Shown here one piece after another: positions 57,915-64,000 of a stretch of DNA of 64,000 bases (position 1 is its first letter; every line of letters starts with the position of its first letter). This stretch comes from Ignavibacteriota bacterium (GTDB lineage: Bacteria; Bacteroidota; Ignavibacteria; UBA10030). Location of the stretch: positions 3,104,001-3,168,000 of the forward strand of contig OY969585.1 in the NCBI GenBank assembly GCA_963701295.1, written 5' to 3'. Both the position numbers and the translations under genes were made by a program. The notes below the pieces were generated by a model. It had not been told where the DNA came from, did not search any database, and saw only the letters and a program-made list of their open reading frames with translations.

Positions 57915-59372
57915 TCATTTGAGCAATATGAGTTTCTTCGTCTCGCTATATGAACCAGCTTGCAACCGATAAAAATAAATTCCACTCGACATATTTGCCG
58001 CAATCCATTGTTTCGTGTAACTTCCGGCTGACATTTCTTCTGAAACAATTGTCGCCACCTCTCTTCCTATCAAATCAAATACTCTTAGTGACACAAACGA
58101 TTTTGTTGGAATGCTAAATGAAATATTTGTAGAAGGATTAAAGGGATTCGGATAATTTTGCAGAAGGGAAAAAGTTTCCGGTGTAACAATGGCTACTCCC
58201 TCAACAGATGTTGGCATATTTGATTTAAGATATGGATAACCATTATTTATGCTTGAATCAATAGACCATACGGTTGTAAAATTCCAACCGTAACCGGTAA
58301 AAGTGGACTGTGATTTCATCTCAGTTGTGGTTTCACCAAATCCATCGACGCCGTTTGATTGGCCGGAGGATGTCACATCCCATAAACAGCTACCAGTGGT
58401 GGAAACGGTTTGATACCCAATCAAGCCGCCAACATGATTCGTACCCGTTGCAGAGCCACTGCTGTAGCAGTGTGTGGCGGTGGAAGAATATTTATTACCC
58501 AGAACATTATCATAATAGCCCCATTGCTCCCCAATCAAACCACCGACAAAAGAACCACCCGTTACAGAACCAATGCTGTAGCAATTCTCAATGGTGGCAG
58601 TACTTTGGTATCCAATCAAGCCACCGATATAAGAACCACCAGTTACAGAGCAACTGCTATAGCAGGTCTGGGCGTCGGCATCAATTTGATTCCCAATCAA
58701 GCCACCGATATAATAAACTCCACCAGTTACAGAACCAGTGCTGGAGCAGTTACTGACGGTGGATTCGAATTCCGACCCAATCAAGCCACCGATATAAGAA
58801 ACACCAGTTACAGAGCCACTGCTGGAGCAGTTACTGACGGTGGATTCGAATTCCGACCCAATCAAGCCACCGATATAAGAAACACCAGTTACAGAGCCAC
58901 TGCTGTGGCAGTTTATAAGAGTCCCACCCGACCCACCGTGATACCCAATTAAACCGCCGACAATATTGTTTCCAATTATCTTTACACTATCGAGCTTTAA
59001 ATTTTTGATTGTTGCCCACCATACCCTTCCAAAAAGACCAATGTAGTTCTTCGTGCTTCGGCTTATAAACAGACCGGTGATTTTATACCCCTGCCCATCG
59101 TATGAGCCATTGAAAAATTTCGTGCTATCTCCAATAGGAGAAAACCCTGCACCACCATCCCAAGAAGAACTTGTTGAGGCATCAATATCCGCTGTCTGAA
59201 TAAAATTCTTGTTCCATAAACTGCTGTCTTGTATAATCCAATAAAGGTTGTTTAATGTCGCAATTTGATAAGGATCGCCTGATGTACCGGATCCTGAAGG
59301 CTGGGTAGCCGTTTGGGAAAATAATGTGCTTGCAAAAAAAAGGAGAGCAAAAACTAATAATAAGTTTTTCAT
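57915..59372 (-). CDS. GLUG-repeat surface protein with T9SS CTD (cassette)
   Basis: GSGT..DPYQI, GSVTG..YIGGLIG repeats, CTD LLQNYPNPFNPST...KKLILLK. Confidence 0.87.
   Translation of the reverse strand: MKNLLLVFALLFFASTLFSQTATQPSGSGTSGDPYQIATLNNLYWIIQDSSLWNKNFIQTADIDASTSSSWDGGAGFSPIGDSTKFFNGSYDGQGYKITGLFISRSTKNYIGLFGRVWWATIKNLKLDSVKIIGNNIVGGLIGYHGGSGGTLINCHSSGSVTGVSYIGGLIGSEFESTVSNCSSSGSVTGVSYIGGLIGSEFESTVSNCSSTGSVTGGVYYIGGLIGNQIDADAQTCYSSCSVTGGSYIGGLIGYQSTATIENCYSIGSVTGGSFVGGLIGEQWGYYDNVLGNKYSSTATHCYSSGSATGTNHVGGLIGYQTVSTTGSCLWDVTSSGQSNGVDGFGETTTEMKSQSTFTGYGWNFTTVWSIDSSINNGYPYLKSNMPTSVEGVAIVTPETFSLLQNYPNPFNPSTNISFSIPTKSFVSLRVFDLIGREVATIVSEEMSAGSYTKQWIAANMSSGIYFYRLQAGSYSETKKLILLK
58741..58902. 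repeat. Perfect 81-bp tandem duplication within the GLUG gene
   Basis: CTGGAGCAGTTACTGACGG...CAGAGCCACTG present twice in tandem. Confidence 0.85.
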
Positions 59373-59410
59373 AAGTAATTTCCTTTCATTCTTTTGTTAA
59401 GAGCAATTGC

Positions 59411-59600
59411 ACCTAACGGGTGGGCACTAAGCTGCCGCACTGAATACTTTCAAGTTGCTGAAAACGAAACAAGTTTATGCTGATAACGAAATTAATTCCA
59501 CAAATGTTATGAAGTACAAAGAACTTAATAATAAAAACTGAAAACCACCATTCGCCATGCGTAAAGTACCAACGCTCATCCGGTCAGCTTGAGTGCCTGG
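59411..59600 (-). repeat. attC site (long class) split by IS; its R'' lies at 60981-60987
   Basis: ACCTAACGGGTGGGCACTAAGCTG...GTCAGCTTGAGTGCCTGG | IS | TTAGGC. Confidence 0.88.
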
Positions 59601-59681
59601 ATATTACCAAAAAGGAATCTCCCGATTATGTACATTGATAATTCTCTAGGTCACCAACATCCACAATCTAAGGAGATTCCC

Positions 59682-60683
59682 ATGTATTACTCAGGTATCG
59701 ATTTGCATTCTGATAATTGTTTTATCACCACTGTTGATGACACTGGTGCTGTCATCAAGCGACAACGTGTCGAGAATAACAATGAACGTGTTCTTGATTA
59801 CTTCCACTCTCTGCCCGGTCCTCATCACGCAGTCGTTGAGTCTACCACAGGATGGTACTGGCTCAACGATCTTCTCAGCGATCACGGCATCGAGCTTGTC
59901 CTTGCTCACGCCAAATATCTCAAAGCCATCAGTTATGCTAAAGTTAAAACAGATAAAGTCGATTCGCAAACTCTTGCTCTTCTCTTACGACAGGGACTCA
60001 TTCCACGGGCTCACAAAATCAGCCGAGAACTACGCGGCCTGCGCGATACCATGCGTATTCGTCTACGGCTCGTTCAGCAACGAACTGCCAGTCTTCTGCG
60101 TCTCTACAGTATTCAGACCAAATTTAACGGCTCTGTTCCGGATCCGTATCGTTTTCAACTTGCTGTCTTGCAACATACCAGAGACACTTTTACTGCTCAG
60201 ATCCTCTCGCTGGAAAAATCTCTCCATCCTGTGCTGATTCCCAACGACGATATTCAACGGCTCTTGCACATTCCAGGTATCGGCAAGCTCACCGCATTCA
60301 CGGTGTATCTTGAAATCGACGGCATTGAACGATTCGACTCCGATAAAAAGTTTGTCTCTTACTGCCGACTCGTCCCTGCTGCCGATAACTCCAATCGCTC
60401 TGTGCACCATCGCTCCAGCAAAGACGGCAATAAGTATCTCAAAATCGCCTTCTCCGATGCCGCTGTTCATGCTATTCAGTACTATCCGGAATACAAACGC
60501 TTATTCCAGAAATTAGCTCGTCGCTCCAATGAGGCGACTGCGCGAACCGTCGTTGCCAAAGAACTTGCGAAGATTGTTTACTATGTCTTAAAAAACAAAA
60601 CAATATATAAAGGTCTCAAAGGTCAGCCGATCAGCCGGCATAAATCTCAGCAGTGGCCGCGCCTCTCAAGCCCGCTTTCCTAA
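59682..60683 (+). CDS. IS110-family DEDD transposase/recombinase
   Basis: YSGIDLH, VVEST, KTDKVDS, IPGIGKLTA, SYCRLVP...S, KDGNKYLK; ATG 59682 after AAGGAG. Confidence 0.93.
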   Translation: MYYSGIDLHSDNCFITTVDDTGAVIKRQRVENNNERVLDYFHSLPGPHHAVVESTTGWYWLNDLLSDHGIELVLAHAKYLKAISYAKVKTDKVDSQTLALLLRQGLIPRAHKISRELRGLRDTMRIRLRLVQQRTASLLRLYSIQTKFNGSVPDPYRFQLAVLQHTRDTFTAQILSLEKSLHPVLIPNDDIQRLLHIPGIGKLTAFTVYLEIDGIERFDSDKKFVSYCRLVPAADNSNRSVHHRSSKDGNKYLKIAFSDAAVHAIQYYPEYKRLFQKLARRSNEATARTVVAKELAKIVYYVLKNKTIYKGLKGQPISRHKSQQWPRLSSPLS

Positions 60684-60900
60684 CTGATCCCGACTGCGTC
60701 GGGATCGTTCGCTGGATTGGGAAGAGAGTGCGCTGTGCCGTGGTAATATCTGGAACATCTCGCTCGACGAGATACGCTTTCACCATCGTTTCTTCAATGA
60801 GTGAATGTAAATCCGTAAACTGGTTTGGACGGCATTGCTCTGGTAATCGCCTGTCTATTCGATAGAGAACGCGGCATCGGCACGGATTCGGTCGTCCTTA
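60675..60900 (+). ncRNA. Candidate seek/bridge RNA of the IS1111-type element
   Basis: Structured region (GATCCCGAC/GTCGGGATC; GTGCCG/CGGCAC) with segments matching the IS junction (TGGTAATATC, TAAACTGG) and target (CCTAAC); boundaries uncertain. Confidence 0.55.
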
Positions 60901-60981
60901 ATGTTAAAGAACTCTGCATTCCGATTGCGCGGAACGCATCGGGAGTATATTATTTACTTGACTCTTTCCTTTTTAAACTGG

Positions 60982-61401
60982 TTAGGCGGCATTAATACAT
61001 AAAGATTTTTTACGAATCATAATGATAACCAATTTCTGTCGCTGAATAATGCTACCAAATAAGTACGCGATAGAAGGAAGCAACAACAACTGAGAACTAT
61101 ACTGTATAAAAACGTTATCGATAAATTGCGCTCGGACTATCAAGAAACAAAATGTAAATGTGATAATCCCATGCCAAGCAATATTCTTTCGTGAACGTTC
61201 TATGACATTTTGAATTGTACCTTTTTGAGCCCACTTTTCTGTGCCCCTTTTTGTGACCCAATGCCGTAACATTCTAATATTTAATTTCTGCCAAAACTTC
61301 TGTTCAATTTCTGTAACCGGTAAACAGATTAAAGGAATAGATATAATTGACAATACTAGGCAAACAATTGATGGAATAAAAAGTATAAACTGAATCTTCA
61401 T
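60982..61401 (-). CDS. Hypothetical membrane protein (cassette)
   Basis: Stop inside R''; ends TTAATGCCGCCTAAC / GTTAGGCGGCATTAA perfectly complementary. Confidence 0.65.
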   Translation of the reverse strand: MKIQFILFIPSIVCLVLSIISIPLICLPVTEIEQKFWQKLNIRMLRHWVTKRGTEKWAQKGTIQNVIERSRKNIAWHGIITFTFCFLIVRAQFIDNVFIQYSSQLLLLPSIAYLFGSIIQRQKLVIIMIRKKSLCINAA

Positions 61402-61428
61402 TTACTTGTCTAGATGTTTTTTAATGCC

Positions 61429-61623
61429 GCCTAACGGACCGGCGCTAAGCTGCGGCATGACAAAACCTCAACCTGCACCCAACGAAACAAGTTTAACCAC
61501 AAAACCAAATTAATAAAAACTAAACCAGCGAGAAACTTAAAACAAACTTAACAAACGTAAACCCACCACGCGCAATGTAAATTGCACTACGCTCACTCCG
61601 TCAGCTTGAGCGCCTGGTTAGGT
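61429..61623 (-). repeat. attC site (195 bp)
   Basis: GCCTAACGGACCGGCGCTAAGCTGCGG...CCGTCAGCTTGAGCGCCTGGTTAGGT. Confidence 0.9.
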
Positions 61624-61636
61624 TGCGTTTTGCCGA

Positions 61637-62116
61637 TTACTTTAAAATAAAGATTACAGTTAGCGCTAAAAGAACAAGTGTGATCAAAGTTATTGAAAAA
61701 AAGATATTCATAATGCGACTATGGCTAGATGAATCCTTGGTCATCCTAAGAAGCTCATAAAATACACCACAGTTTTTTATAGATTCTTCAGCAGGTGCAA
61801 TGCCCATTTTAATTTCTAAATTTCGAGCAATATTTTGACAGCCCCTATAAAGTTGGCGAGTCCTGATTTCTAGCAACCAAAATATTATTGTTAGAAAAAC
61901 ACCAATAACAATAACTATCACTAACCATAATCTAGAATTATAGTCTAACGGATTTTTATAAGCCCAATTAAAAGCAATTGCAAGGGCTGCGAGTACTGCT
62001 AAATAACCAGCAAAAAGTTGATGACGCCAGCTTAAGAAATAGCGATGTAATTGACATGCATTTTCATAGGCAACTTTATTAGTTTCAAAAAGGATTTCTT
62101 CCTTGGTTTTGCCCAT
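61637..62116 (-). CDS. Hypothetical 3-TM membrane protein (cassette)
   Basis: 159 aa; RBS GAGGAT; flanked by attC sites. Confidence 0.72.
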   Translation of the reverse strand: MGKTKEEILFETNKVAYENACQLHRYFLSWRHQLFAGYLAVLAALAIAFNWAYKNPLDYNSRLWLVIVIVIGVFLTIIFWLLEIRTRQLYRGCQNIARNLEIKMGIAPAEESIKNCGVFYELLRMTKDSSSHSRIMNIFFSITLITLVLLALTVIFILK

Positions 62117-62188
62117 TTGTTTATCCTCGATAAAGTTAAGACTCTTCAGTTTATTAAAATCGATTTTGAATAACTATTTCAAAACGCA

Positions 62189-62348
62189 ACATAACGGACG
62201 GGCACTAAGCTGCGGCGTTGATAACTTTCGTCATGCAACCAACGAAACAAGTCCCACAACGAAAGTTTTATCATTTGCACCAGACCCTATGCTTAGCCAT
62301 GTTAATTGCACCCAGCTGGCAACCGTCAGCTTGAGTGCCTGGTTAGGC
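62189..62348 (-). repeat. attC site (160 bp)
   Basis: ACATAACGGACGGGCACTAAGCTGCGG...CCGTCAGCTTGAGTGCCTGGTTAGGC. Confidence 0.9.
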
Positions 62349-62648
62349 TATTGTTACTTTGTTGTACAAACTTTCTTCATAGACAAAATATTCCGACTCT
62401 TTCATAACTCGAATTTTTCTGAGCACAGGCAGCGCATCACCGAGATGCTTTTTGGAACTTAACTTGCACTGCTTTTTTATTCTCGTTCAAATCAAAACTT
62501 GTTGACAACGTAACCGTATAGAAAGCAACCAACATTTTAGTCTGCACTTCGCCCTTAGAAACTTTTGCCAGTAGAAAGAAATATAAAACCCAAATAGGTA
62601 ACCACAATACTTTAAAACACAACTCACACAAAGCGCGCTGCCTGTGCA
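62349..62648 (-). other. ORF-less cassette A with 13-bp inverted repeat
   Basis: GCACAGGCAGCGC (62423-62435) / GCGCTGCCTGTGC (62635-62647); no ORF with a start inside the cassette. Confidence 0.75.
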
Positions 62649-62805
62649 GCCTAACGATTGGCAACTAAGCTGCGGCGTTGATAATTACGAGTCATGCAAT
62701 CAACGAAACGAGCCACACGTCTTTCGCGCCATAAAAATAACGTGTGTTTAGCGCCATGAATTTACCACCAACGCTCCAACCGTCAGCTTGAGTTGCTGGT
62801 TATGT
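62649..62805 (-). repeat. attC site (157 bp)
   Basis: GCCTAACGATTGGCAACTAAGCTGCGG...CCGTCAGCTTGAGTTGCTGGTTATGT. Confidence 0.88.
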
Positions 62806-63079
62806 TATAGTTTATTTAATGTACAAACTTTCCGAAAAACAATATTCGCTAACATCATCATAACTTGAATGTTTCTGAGCACAGGCAGCGCATCGCCGAG
62901 ATTCTTTTCGGTGCTTAACATGCACTGCTTTTTTCTCGTACAAAACAAAACTTGTTGACAGCATAACTTATAGAAAGCAACCAATCGCGAATTTTGTACA
63001 ATGTGAATGAAACTTAAAGCCAGTAGAACGCGATTACCAAACCCCGCAAGTAACACATACAGAGCGCGCTGCCTGTGCA
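62806..63079 (-). other. ORF-less cassette B, homolog of cassette A
   Basis: Same 13-bp IR (62879-62891 / 63066-63078) and shared blocks TGCACTGCTTTTTT, AAAACTTGTTGACA, TATAGAAAGCAACCAA, GCCAGTAGAA. Confidence 0.75.
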
Positions 63080-63232
63080 ACATAACGGACGGCAACTAAG
63101 CTGCAGCGCTGAAATGCCGTAAGTTGCTGAATACAAAATAAGTTTATTATAAGATCTTTTAAACAATAATTTCTAAGCGCCATGCTTAACGTACCAACGC
63201 TCATTCTGTCAGCTTGAGTTGCTTGGTTAGGC
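63080..63232 (-). repeat. attC site (153 bp)
   Basis: ACATAACGGACGGCAACTAAGCTGCAG...CTGTCAGCTTGAGTTGCTTGGTTAGGC. Confidence 0.88.
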
Positions 63233-63431
63233 CAACAGATTTTAATTTTATCACCATTGGTCGAAAGACAACGACCGATACTTTCAAAATGTACTCAACG
63301 AAATAGATACTTGCGCGTGCGGTGCAAACGAATATTCAATTTAAACGGCACGACGTAGATAGCATTCAAACACTCGTAACAACAAAACATTTTTAAAAAC
63401 ATAATTACTAAACTTTCGCACCGCACGCGCG
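63233..63431 (-). other. ORF-less cassette C with a different 13-bp inverted repeat
   Basis: GCGCGTGCGGTGC (63313-63325) / GCACCGCACGCGC (63418-63430). Confidence 0.72.
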
Positions 63432-63583
63432 GCCTAACGGACGGCAACTAAGCTGCAGCGCTGATATGCCGCAAGTTGCTATCAACAAACCAAGTTTATT
63501 ACAAAATCTTTTAAACAATAATCTCTAAGTGTCATGCTTAACGTACCAATGCTCATTCTGTCAGCTTGAGTTGCTGGTTAGAA
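63432..63583 (-). repeat. attC site (152 bp)
   Basis: GCCTAACGGACGGCAACTAAGCTGCAG...CTGTCAGCTTGAGTTGCTGGTTAGAA. Confidence 0.9.
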
Positions 63584-63664
63584 CGCACGCGGTAGAATGC
63601 TCTATATAACATATGCAAGCATAAAGAGAACTATTGTCAGGGAGTAAAACAAAACGACCGTCAT

Positions 63665-64000
63665 TTAGTCGTTTGTTAACTGCCGTGCCTGCTTGATTTC
63701 TTCAGCAATTTCTTGAATCACTTTCCAGTTACGGGAGAGCCGTAAATATTTCGGATGATATGTACGGTAACATAGCTTTGGCAAACCTGGATGCTTGATT
63801 CGAAGCAGCAAGCCTACTTCAGGAGTACACTTCAATCCGGGGAATGTCTCTTTGAGACGTTCGTCATATTTTGAGCCTGTAAAGAATACCACAGCGTCTG
63901 GCTGCGTAATATCAATTTCCTTCTGTAAAAGGCCGAGATGACATATCTCATTTTCTGCATCAGCATCAGGTCTTCCATTCGACTGATCAAGCTTCACAAG
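63665..64000 (-). CDS. Partial (5' end outside window) uracil-DNA glycosylase superfamily-like protein (cassette)
   Basis: EIDITQPDAVVFFTG and RTYHPKYL resemble UDG-superfamily motifs. Confidence 0.5.
   Translation of the reverse strand, partial: LVKLDQSNGRPDADAENEICHLGLLQKEIDITQPDAVVFFTGSKYDERLKETFPGLKCTPEVGLLLRIKHPGLPKLCYRTYHPKYLRLSRNWKVIQEIAEEIKQARQLTND

Larger units (their letters stand above)
59601..60981 (+). mobile_element. IS110-family, IS1111-type insertion sequence inserted in attC
   Basis: CTGG core at both junctions; subterminal IRs AAAAAGGAA (59609-59617) / TTCCTTTTT (60966-60974); ~295-nt non-coding region downstream of the transposase. Confidence 0.9.
30271..64000 (-). mobile_element. 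Large integron gene-cassette array (distal part; integrase and attI outside window to the right)
   Basis: About 23 attC sites plus half-sites between co-oriented minus-strand ORFs; RYYYAAC...GTTRRRY ends; cassette ends complementary beyond the 7-bp core; several stop codons inside R''. Confidence 0.93.

Noticed and set aside
59589-59681. N-terminal extension of the transposase in the ORF track
   Set aside because: It begins in the attC outside the IS; the ATG at 59682 has an AAGGAG RBS and gives the typical YxGIDLH start
62437-63095. ORFs 62437-62664 and 62805-63095 as proteins
   Set aside because: Both start inside the neighbouring attC with non-ATG codons, and the homologous cassettes A and B do not keep a common reading frame
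30271-63583. CRISPR array interpretation of the recurring CCGTCAGCTTGAGCGCCTGGTTAGG motif
   Set aside because: Repeats are separated by whole genes rather than 30-40-nt spacers, pair with an inverted partner ~150 nt away, and no cas genes are present; they are attC arms
30271-64000. Integron integrase, attI or a reverse transcriptase within the window
   Set aside because: No tyrosine-recombinase (R-H-R-Y) or RT (YxDD) ORF is visible; cassette orientation predicts intI beyond the right edge

Overview
This is AT-rich bacterial DNA that looks like Ignavibacteria (Bacteroidota/Chlorobi superphylum), an inference from T9SS C-terminal domains, a PorV-family gene and TonB receptors lacking SusD. 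The window has two halves. (1) 1-28.8 kb is a xylose/xyloside utilisation locus: two paralogous TonB-dependent receptor operons (TBDR, T9SS cargo, PorV-like barrel, IPT lipoprotein), a LacI regulator plus a truncated duplicate cut by an IS3 remnant, xylB, xylA, an SSS transporter, two GH31 enzymes and a GH13. It ends at a 3' fragment of tRNA-Met (29100-29140) that looks like the distal att site of an island. (2) 30.3-64 kb is the distal part of a large minus-strand integron cassette array; intI and attI are not in the window. About 23 complete or interrupted attC sites and about 8 half-sites or remnants can be read directly, most 150-200 bp long, with canonical R''/L''/L'/R' boxes and extrahelical G and T. 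The cargo is unusual: GH43, GH39, GH31, esterases and four T9SS-secreted proteins, an inverted toxin-antitoxin cassette, several pseudogenes, and three consecutive ORF-less cassettes sharing a 13-bp GC-rich stem. An intact IS1111-type (IS110 family) element sits in one attC. Its downstream non-coding region has segments matching its own circle junction and the attC target (candidate seek/bridge RNA), and scars of its right end lie in two more attC sites. Coordinates were read by eye and may be off by a few bases, and product calls rest on motif recognition, not database searches.
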